DNA of 64,000 nt, taken from a virus. Below are positions 41,254 through 51,255 of the stretch, piece by piece. The notes beneath the pieces are model-generated. The model was not told the DNA's origin. It searched no databases and saw nothing but the letters and a program-made list of their open reading frames with translations. Within the stretch, counting starts at the first letter, position 1, and every line of letters begins with the position of its first letter. The translations under genes were made by a program, and so were the position numbers. The stretch covers positions 16,076 to 80,075 of IMG/VR virus record IMGVR_UViG_3300003690_003399; one strand, given 5' to 3'.

Positions 41254-44200
41254 GCACAGACTATAGTAAGATATTTGGTCAAAAAGATATTATTTTGACT
41301 AATACAGATAGAGACACGTTAGCAGCATCAGCAGAATCTGTCAACTACATGACAGAATATTTTAATAAAAAACAAAGATTTGTACCGCCAGTAAACTTTT
41401 CAAACCCAAAATATTTTGCTAGATTTGGGTCTGCTGAAAAGTATTATATTGATGCTATCGATAGAATCTATAAAACATATCCCTACGATGGCTCGCTAAA
41501 AGAGCGAGTACAGTGGGAACTTAGTTCTTCCTACCTGGATCTTCACGTTTTTGAAAATGGTTACCCTCGCACAAATGGGTATGTCTTATTTTCTGCTGAA
41601 GGGTGGGGAACTCAAGTTGCGACTTCAGATGGTTATGGTGCACCAGCCACTTCTTCTTATGAATATATCTTATCTAAAGGCGGCCCCAACACATCTTATC
41701 GTAGCCAGGGAAAAAACATCAGAGATCAGACTGGAGACTATAAAGACGGGTATGCTAATGTTTGGGATGTCGACAAAAATAGAGAATCTAATCTAAAAAT
41801 TGGCGGTATCGATGGCAATACAGTTGAATTTTGGTTAAAGAAAGGTGAGTTCTTAGGATCTTCTCTCACCAACCAAGAAGTCTTATTCGACCTTCATACG
41901 AGCGAGTTCATTTCATCTAGTTTGAACTACGGGCGCCTAACAGTTGAGCTAACTGCATCCACTAGCGGAAGCCCATTCAGAGTCACTTATATGTCCGGGA
42001 CCGCCGGCTTTTCTTACGAAACTATCGGAAGCGGTATAGATACATCTTCTGTAGCAGACGACTCTTGGCACCACTATGCCTTTACTTTAAAAAACACAGA
42101 AAGCGCAGTAGAGGTTAACTTTTTTGTCGATGGCGCGTGTAACCACACAATTATTACTGGTTCTTCAATTAGTTATGTAAGTGGCAACATTAATGCAACA
42201 CTCGGCGCCTTAGCAACAGCACCATCGGGCACGTTTACCCCAACATTAGGGTGGGGTGGTCTATCTGGTTCTATGGATGAATTCAGATTTTGGAAATCCG
42301 AAAGAACTTCCCAACAAATAGGGCTCCAATATATTGAGCCAGTTGGCGGGGGCACCAATACTGACGACGCAAATACTACTCTTGGCGTTTATTATAAATT
42401 TAATGAAGGCATTACACTCACCGCTTCAATCGATAAAACCATTTTAGATTATTCCGGAAGAATTAGCAACGGCAACTTTGTAGGATACAATTCCTCAGCT
42501 AGAAATATTAATTCGGCCATGGTGCAATCTGGCAAAGTCGATAGAGAATTTAAAGATCCCATTTTGTATAACTTCCACCCAGAAGTGGTTTCGTATTATG
42601 GCACAAAAAAAGAGGAGGGGAGACAATATGATTATTCTAATAATTCATCAATCTATTTTACATTACCAGCATGGATTTTAGAAGAAGATGAAATCAAAGA
42701 ATACTCTCCATTAAGAAATTTTACACAAGTGATCGGCAGCTATTTTGATTCACTTGCTAGCCAAATTGAAGCCATTTCCAAATTAAAGCATAAAAATTAT
42801 TTAAGTTCAAGTTATAAATCATATCCTTTTTCTGACAGATTGTTGGAATCTGTTGGGTTTACTTATTTTCCAGAGTTGTTTTCTGACGCTACGGCACTAG
42901 AACAGTTTAGGAACAGAGACGATAAGAAGCTTTTTCAGCAAAAATTATATGATACAAAAAATCGTATTTATCAAAATATTTATAACAACATAGTTTACAT
43001 TTACAAAACAAAAGGAACGGAAAAGTCTTTTAGAAATCTTATTCGTTGTTTTGGCTTTGATGATGAGATTTATAAAATTAATCTATATGGTAATCGGGTT
43101 ACATACCAATTAAAAGATAACTACTCGTCTGTAGCAGAATCAAAAAATTATGTTAATTTTGCATTAACAGGCACACAAAAAGCAACAGTCCATTCATTCT
43201 CTTCGAGCGGCAATCCAAATTCTACATCATTTATTTCGAATGTCACCCCGAAAATGAACTACTTTGGTTTTACAATGGAAACAGAAGTTGCCTTTCCTAG
43301 GCGCTACAGTGTCGCAGATTCAAACATTACAGTACAATCGAATAAGGGAACAAGCAAAACTTTTAGAGCCTATGTACCTTTTAAGACAGCTTCTCTTTTC
43401 GGGATGCACCAAGTAAACGGAACTACCGAGAATGATTTAACATGGGCAACCACTGATTCCGCAAATTTTCAAGTTTATGCTATCAGAGACGAAGACCATT
43501 CAAAAAGATGCCGGTTTAAACTAACCGGCGTCGGAGCTACGGTCATACCAACATTGACGAGCAGCTATTTTGATGAAGTTTTTGATGATACTCGTTGGAT
43601 CTTTTCCGTCTCAGTAAAGCCAAAGATGTATCCACAAGCAGATTTACCATACTTGACCAGTGTTGCTGTCTCCACCGGCCCGGAACGTGGCTACACAGTA
43701 GAGTTTTATGGTGTGGAGAAGATATTAGATACTATTAAAAATGAATTTTTATTAACCGGCTCGATTACTTATAGCGACGGCCTCGCGCTATTAAATAATG
43801 CAAAAAGTATTTATATCGGAGCCCATCGTACCAACTTTTCTGGGTCCCTCCAAGAAAAATCTGATGGACACATTTCTTCTACGCGCGTTTGGCTAATGCC
43901 GCTCACTACGGGAACAATACAACAACACGCACAAGATGCTAAAAATTACGGAGTACCAAGCCCATATAGAAGTGGATATTTATACCAAACTTCAATGACG
44001 GGTACCCGCGTCCCCGAAATACATACATTAGTATTAAATTGGGTATTTGATACTTTAACTGGATCAGATTCTAGTGGAGAATTTGTCGGACAAGACTTCT
44101 CATCTGGCTCAACGAGTTTACAAAATCGCTATAACTGGATTGGGAATATTGTTGGCAAACAATATTTGCCAAAAGGTATTAATTTTCCACCTTCATTTTC

Positions 44201-47200
44201 CAAAACTCTAAATAAAAAATATGTTTATTCAGCAAAGAAACAATTACCAGAGTTTATTAATAGTTCAAACATGGTTAATGTCATGACCGATGATGACATA
44301 TTCTTTAATAAAGTTGATCTACTGAGACCTACAAACTATTATCTTCACATTGAAAAAAGCATGTATCAAACAATCTCTGAAGAAATGATAAGAATGTTTT
44401 CCTCAATTAAAGATTTTAATAATTTAATTGGGGAGCCAGTAAACAAATATCGTAGCAAATACAAACACATGGAAAAACTTCGTCAACTTTTCTTTGAGAG
44501 AGTAGGGAATACACCGGACCTAGATAAGTATATCGATTTTTATAAATGGGTTGACATCACATTAGATGTCCTCTTGGGGTACCTTGTACCAGCTTCAGCA
44601 GATATTGGTGATCAGTATGGCAGCAATATTCGTACATTAGTAGAAAATCATGTGCTTGCGCGCAATAAATATAAGTGGCAGTTCCCAACGATAGAAGACA
44701 AAACTCCAGACATAGAAGGTCATATTCTTAGTATTAACGAGCTTTTATATGGCTGGGAGTTCGGTCACAACCCGACAAGTAGTCTTCAGGCCGATAATTG
44801 TCTTTGGTGGAAAGAACGCGCAGAAAGAACCGACGCGCTAGCAAGTGGCGACTCAAATGTTAATAACGATAAACAAGCAATACTTAACTCTATTAACAAC
44901 GAGACGAATGCTAAGAACTACATGCTATATGATAGTGCAACTAGCACAACTTATTCTGGTTCTACGTTTGCAATCCGCCGATTAGCTAAACCATACAAAT
45001 TTAAAGTCGACGAATCTCGTACAACTAAGGGTGGTACAAATTATTATCCAAATAAAAAAGTGGACATCATTCGAACGGAAACCAATTTAGAAACTTCTAC
45101 AAATTTTCTTGCAGCTCCCGCAGCCAATGTAGAATCATTTAAAGATTGTAATGATGGACTTGATCTGATCACAAAACGTAAATATTCGTTTAATGCTCTT
45201 TTAAGAAGTGAATTAACAACAGCGACCGAGAAAAACTATTTCAACGCAAAGGGCGCCCTGTTTGCCCCATTCAGTATGTATAGTGCCTCCATTTCAGGGG
45301 GTTATTATGATACAGTTTCCAATAATTTTAAAACTTCTTTAGATATTACTAACTTACATGAAGATACCTATGGAACTTTATACGGTGTACCAGTACAGGG
45401 TCCGTTTACTGACAAGTATGTTGGAGGTCTTCAATCTCGTCATGTCGCCTTGACCGTTAATCCGGCACTGACAAGCTCCGCTAACCGCCCTGAAGGATGG
45501 TCTTTATCGTTTAGTAGCAATATCTTAACAATGTCAGGCCCAGCTGTGGGGGTCGAAGGCAGTCGTCCGAAAGCAACGCGGCTTAGAGACGAAACTGCTA
45601 AGCGCCCCATTAATGTGAGAAACATTCAACAAACAACAGGCTCTACAATAATTGGTAACTATACCAAAGATTATGATTTGTTGATGATCGGTGGTCGCTC
45701 AATTAATAATCGCTTTTTTGTCAAAAACGAAGGCGTTTCCGCAAGCTCGATAAATTCTCAAGCTGTAAGTGGTGTTTTAGATTATGATTTACCAGGTGCT
45801 GCACAGTCACAAAGAGATCGACAAGAAGTTGTTATAAATGGTTTGACTTCATCTGCACGCAATGATTATATTATTGTCAACAGATTCTCTGCACCTGGAG
45901 ACCCTTCAACGATGGGGTTTGCTTATTTAGATATCGAGGCGCAGGAATACTCAATTTATAATTCCTTACCATGGCGCAACTTAATTGTTCGCGACAGCCT
46001 CCAAGAATTATATACAGATCATGCAAAACAATTTGGGTATTTTAGTGATGCACAAAATTCAGCAAGCTATGTGTTGGCTGGCATGCCCTATCCTGGAACG
46101 AGCGGATCTGTAAACGCTCTAGATTATGCTGGAAGCGCGTCGTTTCACAAGGTTAATAGAAACCCGAGAAGAATTATTAAAAGCACAGGAGTAGAGTACG
46201 CCAGTTCATATGCTAGTGGAGTCATTTATGATAATTGGCACGTACAACATCAGATCCCACAATCTGATTTACAGTATGCGTGGATTACAGCTAGTGTAAT
46301 TGAAGGATATACCGGCTCAGCATATTATGGCTTTGAGCAACCAAATTTCAGCAATGCAAGTCTAGCTTCTACCGATATTACATTTTGTAGTGCTAGTGAC
46401 TTTGGCTCTTATTGGAAATCAGCATGGGGATTACGACTTTTTGGTGGTACATATGCTGAATTCGGATCGGATCAATTTGTTCCGACTGATTTTGCTGGCA
46501 TAAATTCTAATGTTTATGAGCCTATAACGTCGTCTTTGAACATTTTGGGATATCCATCAGGAGTAGGATCTTATGCCAACTGCTGTGTCACCCCTGGCAC
46601 CTTTCTTGGCTCATCCTACTATCCCCAACTTCTTAACGCTTTGATTCTCCACCGCCAAGGCCCATACGGGTGGCCTTCTTGGAAACAAATTAGAGGTGAA
46701 AGTCACCCTGTAATTAGAAATCATCGGAAAACTAATCGACAATCATTTTTGAAGCTAGAAAAAATTTCTAATGATACAGACGGTCAACCCCGAGATAAGA
46801 AAGTTTTAATTTCTCAAATAGAGCCGCCAGTAAGTTCAAAATATAAGCCGTTAATTCATAGTCTTTTCTTTAAACAAAACATCGATCCAAACAAGAATAA
46901 TTGGTGGAAAAATTCTGAAGAAATTATTATTGACCACACATATGCAAATGAAAAATGTTATTTTCCCCAAGTCGTTTCGGGCACAAAGGCGCTTATTGAT
47001 GGAAATATAGACTTAAATAAGATAGATTCTATTTCCACTTTGGCTGGGAGTATTTCTCAAGATGATAAAACTTTAATTTATGATTCTCTAAATAAGTTTA
47101 TTTTTGGAGACACAATGCAACCTGCGAACCCAATTAGCCAATTTAACTATCTTAAAATTAAAGAGGTTATTTATCCTCGTGAACACTATACGTATCTAAG

Positions 47201-50132
47201 TGGTACCCGAGAGCGCACGAACTTTGCAAATAATTTCTGGCGCGATACACGGAATGCGAGAGACACCGAAGGATCTCCAGATGGAGGTCCATGGGCCAAC
47301 TCACAAGGCTACATTGTTACCCAAAGTATGTGGCCACTAGACTGCCGCTCTGACACAAGTGTTCCCCCCATACCCAACTACTCTAATTTTACAGCATCTG
47401 CAGGTATGGAAGGGGAGCTACAAAATGGATATAGTTTGTTCTTCTCCTCCTCGAACACGGGCCCATTCGCGGCCGCCACCTATCTGCGCCGTGTACCCGA
47501 TAGTGCGTCAGAGGGAATACTGTATGCTGGTGATACCTTGTGGGAAGCAAACACACAAGCAGGAGTAAACCCATTTTATAATAATTATGCAGAATATATT
47601 GAAGAGGCAAAGAGGATTGGGAAAGATTATGGGATCCTACCAGAATTTAGAATTAGCGAACATATGGATTATTATATTAATAGTAATCCGGACGGCAATC
47701 CAAACTTTTTAGTAACCCCACAGCCACCAGGCTTATTCACATTGACTGGTTCGGTTCTTTCTAGTAGTGCCGACGAAGGATTTTATACTGTGTATTCATA
47801 CAGTGATTTTATGAAGTTTTTTGAGCTAGTTAAAAATGATTATATTAGTACGCCAATACCGCAAAAGGAAGCAGACGAGGACGCCGCCATAAGCACCATG
47901 GTCTCATATCCATCTGAATTAACTCTTGAATGCAAAGTTTTGAAAAAGTTTCTTCCATATGACGGATTTTACCCCGCGGAAAGAACAGTTCAATTAGCAA
48001 AATTATTTAGCCAATCTTATGGAGACTCAGTTATACACGCTGAAGGCGCTAACCCAAATTGGAGAACAATGTTGGCGCCATTATTTGCACCCGGACTATT
48101 ATATAATTCCATCAAATCTGGCATTGCAGTAGACTACCCAATCGTCAATGACACTCTTAGTGATGCTACTATAACTTTTACAGGATCTTCCGTTAATAAT
48201 TCGGCCGACTCAGGCGATGCACGCCTATCGGGAACATTTGGCGCCAGGCTTCCGTTTGAAGCTCTGGCTAGCCCAAAAACCTTTTTAGAGGGGACACACC
48301 TTGTCGACGCAGAGCCTAATCCACAAGCTTTTATTGATAGTAGTGGTAGTTTTATTGCCGCGGCAAACCCGCTGTTTATGTACGCAATGAATAACTTTTT
48401 AGCAGAAATTCCTTCATTCTTTTTGGAAAATAACTCATTAAGCACCTTGACCTCTTATGGAGACGTTAGCGCGGCGCCAACGATGGGCGAGGACGTGACA
48501 TATAAAATGAGAATTGTTCTTTCGAACGGCCAGTTTGATACTCTCCATACATTACAAAATGTTGAGAAGGGGTTTCCACCGGCCCTGGAACGAAGTGATA
48601 ACACTGCGTCGTTTATATACAACACTCCGGAAGTCACAATGTACAATCGCTCTTTTGATAGAAACTCCCCGGCCCGTTATTCCGCAAGCTTTGTAGGCGA
48701 CAACAATGCCACACTAGCTTACGGCTCTTCGTTTGGGCCACCTTGCGAGGCCTCGTCTTCTGTCAATGGGCACGAGGCTAGCTTTGAGCCATTTACACCT
48801 CCTTACTATAACGGCTACAGCCACATTGAAGTTTCTTTCCTCTCTGCGGTAGGCGGTGCAATGGAAATGTCCGATATTCTTGCGGCATGCCGGGAGAACG
48901 CAACTTATTTTAGAGAAACCACCAGATCTGGAAGTCGAGAAAGTTCTACGGCCGGAATTAATGCGATGCAAGCCAATGCGTCTTTAAATTGGGATCAACT
49001 AGTGGTTGACGAAGACGGAAGTGAAAGATGGGTAATTCAGCCGAAATGGGAATGTCCTATATTAGATTTTACTACTTCTGATATTACGTTGCCGGAAGGA
49101 GGAGGCTCCGGCTCCGTGGCAAAAGGCATGTGGCATCAATATGGTTCTATCCCATCCGCCGATAACGGTATATACTTATCAGTTCAAGATGTTATGGACC
49201 CAGAAGGAGGGTGGCAGCCTTCTTTGAAAAAACTACTTGGCTATTCCGATGATAATAGTAGAGTAAAATTAGGCGGTTTGGCTAAAAGCAAAACAATTAG
49301 TGAAGCCGTTGTTGCAATCCCGTTTAGGGCGGATCCCCAAAGCCCAAAAAAGAGGAAATATTTTAATATTAATCCGACGGTCATCGACAGCGCGCTGAAC
49401 CCGAATCCCGGCGCCGACATTCCCGATCCGGCTCCCGTTGCCCCTTCCCAAGGGGTTCTAGATATGGTTGAAAAAATGAAAAAATATGTAATTCCCCCAA
49501 CTTTTGATTTTATAACCAATGCTGAAGAGATCCCACCAATGGCCATGTTAATTTTTGAGTTTGAAACAAACTTAAGCCAGAAAGATTTAAGAAATATATG
49601 GCAGAATTTGCCACCAAATGATCAAGGGGATGCAAAAATAAGCAAAAGCCAAGCAGTTATCCCAGCAATGAAAGATATGATTTTTCCTCTCTTTGCAACG
49701 AGTCCTGGCAGCATGTTTGATCACTATGATAAAATACTTGGATTTCCAACCGATGTACAATGGCTCGTTTTTAAAGTAAAACAAAAAGCAAAAACTAATT
49801 ATTTTGATATAACAGCAAAAGATGAATCTTTAAAAGGCGAGACCATCGATGCCCCTTGGCAAACACAAATATCATCTGAGATACCAAACTATAGTTTTAA
49901 TTGGCCATATGATTTCTTCTCCATGATAGAATTAGCCAAACTAGAGATCACATATAAAATAGATCCGCATGGGGATCCGACCCCAAGCGATGGTGGCGCG
50001 CCGCCGACGGATCCCGAGTTTGGAGATGCTGTAGATAATCAACGTGATAACGCGCCCGGCAAAGAAAAGACTCCCGAGAAAGATGGCCCAACGGTGCGGG
50101 AAACAGCGGTTGTGATAGCCCGAACCGATTGA
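41250..50132 (+). CDS. Giant 2960 aa baseplate protein with LamG/ConA-like domains
   Basis: TVEFWLK, WHHYAF, GSMDEFRFW (LamG); YKTKGT resembles gp7/gpI wedge motif. Confidence 0.7.
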   Translation: MSTDYSKIFGQKDIILTNTDRDTLAASAESVNYMTEYFNKKQRFVPPVNFSNPKYFARFGSAEKYYIDAIDRIYKTYPYDGSLKERVQWELSSSYLDLHVFENGYPRTNGYVLFSAEGWGTQVATSDGYGAPATSSYEYILSKGGPNTSYRSQGKNIRDQTGDYKDGYANVWDVDKNRESNLKIGGIDGNTVEFWLKKGEFLGSSLTNQEVLFDLHTSEFISSSLNYGRLTVELTASTSGSPFRVTYMSGTAGFSYETIGSGIDTSSVADDSWHHYAFTLKNTESAVEVNFFVDGACNHTIITGSSISYVSGNINATLGALATAPSGTFTPTLGWGGLSGSMDEFRFWKSERTSQQIGLQYIEPVGGGTNTDDANTTLGVYYKFNEGITLTASIDKTILDYSGRISNGNFVGYNSSARNINSAMVQSGKVDREFKDPILYNFHPEVVSYYGTKKEEGRQYDYSNNSSIYFTLPAWILEEDEIKEYSPLRNFTQVIGSYFDSLASQIEAISKLKHKNYLSSSYKSYPFSDRLLESVGFTYFPELFSDATALEQFRNRDDKKLFQQKLYDTKNRIYQNIYNNIVYIYKTKGTEKSFRNLIRCFGFDDEIYKINLYGNRVTYQLKDNYSSVAESKNYVNFALTGTQKATVHSFSSSGNPNSTSFISNVTPKMNYFGFTMETEVAFPRRYSVADSNITVQSNKGTSKTFRAYVPFKTASLFGMHQVNGTTENDLTWATTDSANFQVYAIRDEDHSKRCRFKLTGVGATVIPTLTSSYFDEVFDDTRWIFSVSVKPKMYPQADLPYLTSVAVSTGPERGYTVEFYGVEKILDTIKNEFLLTGSITYSDGLALLNNAKSIYIGAHRTNFSGSLQEKSDGHISSTRVWLMPLTTGTIQQHAQDAKNYGVPSPYRSGYLYQTSMTGTRVPEIHTLVLNWVFDTLTGSDSSGEFVGQDFSSGSTSLQNRYNWIGNIVGKQYLPKGINFPPSFSKTLNKKYVYSAKKQLPEFINSSNMVNVMTDDDIFFNKVDLLRPTNYYLHIEKSMYQTISEEMIRMFSSIKDFNNLIGEPVNKYRSKYKHMEKLRQLFFERVGNTPDLDKYIDFYKWVDITLDVLLGYLVPASADIGDQYGSNIRTLVENHVLARNKYKWQFPTIEDKTPDIEGHILSINELLYGWEFGHNPTSSLQADNCLWWKERAERTDALASGDSNVNNDKQAILNSINNETNAKNYMLYDSATSTTYSGSTFAIRRLAKPYKFKVDESRTTKGGTNYYPNKKVDIIRTETNLETSTNFLAAPAANVESFKDCNDGLDLITKRKYSFNALLRSELTTATEKNYFNAKGALFAPFSMYSASISGGYYDTVSNNFKTSLDITNLHEDTYGTLYGVPVQGPFTDKYVGGLQSRHVALTVNPALTSSANRPEGWSLSFSSNILTMSGPAVGVEGSRPKATRLRDETAKRPINVRNIQQTTGSTIIGNYTKDYDLLMIGGRSINNRFFVKNEGVSASSINSQAVSGVLDYDLPGAAQSQRDRQEVVINGLTSSARNDYIIVNRFSAPGDPSTMGFAYLDIEAQEYSIYNSLPWRNLIVRDSLQELYTDHAKQFGYFSDAQNSASYVLAGMPYPGTSGSVNALDYAGSASFHKVNRNPRRIIKSTGVEYASSYASGVIYDNWHVQHQIPQSDLQYAWITASVIEGYTGSAYYGFEQPNFSNASLASTDITFCSASDFGSYWKSAWGLRLFGGTYAEFGSDQFVPTDFAGINSNVYEPITSSLNILGYPSGVGSYANCCVTPGTFLGSSYYPQLLNALILHRQGPYGWPSWKQIRGESHPVIRNHRKTNRQSFLKLEKISNDTDGQPRDKKVLISQIEPPVSSKYKPLIHSLFFKQNIDPNKNNWWKNSEEIIIDHTYANEKCYFPQVVSGTKALIDGNIDLNKIDSISTLAGSISQDDKTLIYDSLNKFIFGDTMQPANPISQFNYLKIKEVIYPREHYTYLSGTRERTNFANNFWRDTRNARDTEGSPDGGPWANSQGYIVTQSMWPLDCRSDTSVPPIPNYSNFTASAGMEGELQNGYSLFFSSSNTGPFAAATYLRRVPDSASEGILYAGDTLWEANTQAGVNPFYNNYAEYIEEAKRIGKDYGILPEFRISEHMDYYINSNPDGNPNFLVTPQPPGLFTLTGSVLSSSADEGFYTVYSYSDFMKFFELVKNDYISTPIPQKEADEDAAISTMVSYPSELTLECKVLKKFLPYDGFYPAERTVQLAKLFSQSYGDSVIHAEGANPNWRTMLAPLFAPGLLYNSIKSGIAVDYPIVNDTLSDATITFTGSSVNNSADSGDARLSGTFGARLPFEALASPKTFLEGTHLVDAEPNPQAFIDSSGSFIAAANPLFMYAMNNFLAEIPSFFLENNSLSTLTSYGDVSAAPTMGEDVTYKMRIVLSNGQFDTLHTLQNVEKGFPPALERSDNTASFIYNTPEVTMYNRSFDRNSPARYSASFVGDNNATLAYGSSFGPPCEASSSVNGHEASFEPFTPPYYNGYSHIEVSFLSAVGGAMEMSDILAACRENATYFRETTRSGSRESSTAGINAMQANASLNWDQLVVDEDGSERWVIQPKWECPILDFTTSDITLPEGGGSGSVAKGMWHQYGSIPSADNGIYLSVQDVMDPEGGWQPSLKKLLGYSDDNSRVKLGGLAKSKTISEAVVAIPFRADPQSPKKRKYFNINPTVIDSALNPNPGADIPDPAPVAPSQGVLDMVEKMKKYVIPPTFDFITNAEEIPPMAMLIFEFETNLSQKDLRNIWQNLPPNDQGDAKISKSQAVIPAMKDMIFPLFATSPGSMFDHYDKILGFPTDVQWLVFKVKQKAKTNYFDITAKDESLKGETIDAPWQTQISSEIPNYSFNWPYDFFSMIELAKLEITYKIDPHGDPTPSDGGAPPTDPEFGDAVDNQRDNAPGKEKTPEKDGPTVRETAVVIARTD

Positions 50133-50193
50133 CCGGCGCCTCGGGCAGTGGCTCTGATGACCCATACGGAAGATAACTTATGAGGATATATAA

Positions 50194-51255
50194 ATGGAAT
50201 TTTTAGACGCCAAAGAACAAGTTATTAATTTAGAGTTGACTTCATACGGAAGATTTTTGCTCTCCCAGGGGAAGTTTAATCCAAAAATATATGCTTTTTT
50301 TGATAGTGATATCGTTTATGATTATCGTTTTACGCAGAGCGGCTCGGCCACTAAAACCAAAGAATTACAAAACGACACAGAAGGCCGGATACAAGAAAAT
50401 ACTCCTCGCCTTGCAGCGCAAACTCTTTATAGAGGATCAGAGCTTGGAGTTTTCTCTGCAGAGCCAAATTTAATTTATAATTTGATGCCAGGAGTCTTAG
50501 CAGACAAGAATAATTTAGTAGTAAATTTAACTCAAACGCCTGATAAATCTTATATCTTCCAGGAACCAATCGGTAACTCGGCATATAATTCTAACAATAT
50601 CGCCGCGTGGAACATAGGATTTTATAAGGCTCCCCTTTCTAGTTCAAGCACTGTTTGGACTGGCTCAAGCGACGATATCCCTACCACTTTTATTCCACAG
50701 CTATCTTGTTCTATACAATATGGCCTAGAAACATATGATGTACCAATAGACAATCAAAGCTCAACCAACAGTTGGAAAGACATGGGCGACAAAAGCTTTA
50801 AAGACTTAGAAAGTAAAAAAACAGTTTTGTATGACCCTTCTACGCCAATTATATTTGATGGCGACGGCTACATGATTTATAAAGATGATTTCGCTTTATT
50901 AAAAATAGAGGAAGTAAATACTGAATTTTTAAAAGAGAATTTTGAATTAGAAGTGTTTCGAGTTCATAAGTTAGAGGGCACTGTCAAGGGAGAAACAACT
51001 TATACTGAGACCCTAGAAAAGTTATATTTTGAAGGCTCAGATGTTAAAGAAACAAATCGTGTCGATTATTATTTTGATATTAATTATGATTTTGAAATAA
51101 ATGAAGAAGAATATTGCAAGCTGGCCAGCACCGTAGACAAAGTTAAAAATATTTATCTTGATCAAGTATTTAATTGTGAGAGCAAAAAAGAAATATTGCA
51201 TTCATTAAATATTTATGAAACTGGAGAGAACCAAGAAGAAGAGGATGTGTGCTAA
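50194..51255 (+). CDS. Putative virion protein; N-terminus paralogous to the 58492 protein
   Basis: MEFLD..LTSYGR..L..G.F...YAF.D vs MGFLD..LTDAGR..L..G.F...YAF.D. Confidence 0.65.
   Translation: MEFLDAKEQVINLELTSYGRFLLSQGKFNPKIYAFFDSDIVYDYRFTQSGSATKTKELQNDTEGRIQENTPRLAAQTLYRGSELGVFSAEPNLIYNLMPGVLADKNNLVVNLTQTPDKSYIFQEPIGNSAYNSNNIAAWNIGFYKAPLSSSSTVWTGSSDDIPTTFIPQLSCSIQYGLETYDVPIDNQSSTNSWKDMGDKSFKDLESKKTVLYDPSTPIIFDGDGYMIYKDDFALLKIEEVNTEFLKENFELEVFRVHKLEGTVKGETTYTETLEKLYFEGSDVKETNRVDYYFDINYDFEINEEEYCKLASTVDKVKNIYLDQVFNCESKKEILHSLNIYETGENQEEEDVC

Noticed and set aside
50098-50104. GGGAAAC programmed -1 slippery site
   Set aside because: Heptamer is out of register with the ORF frame (CGG GAA ACA)
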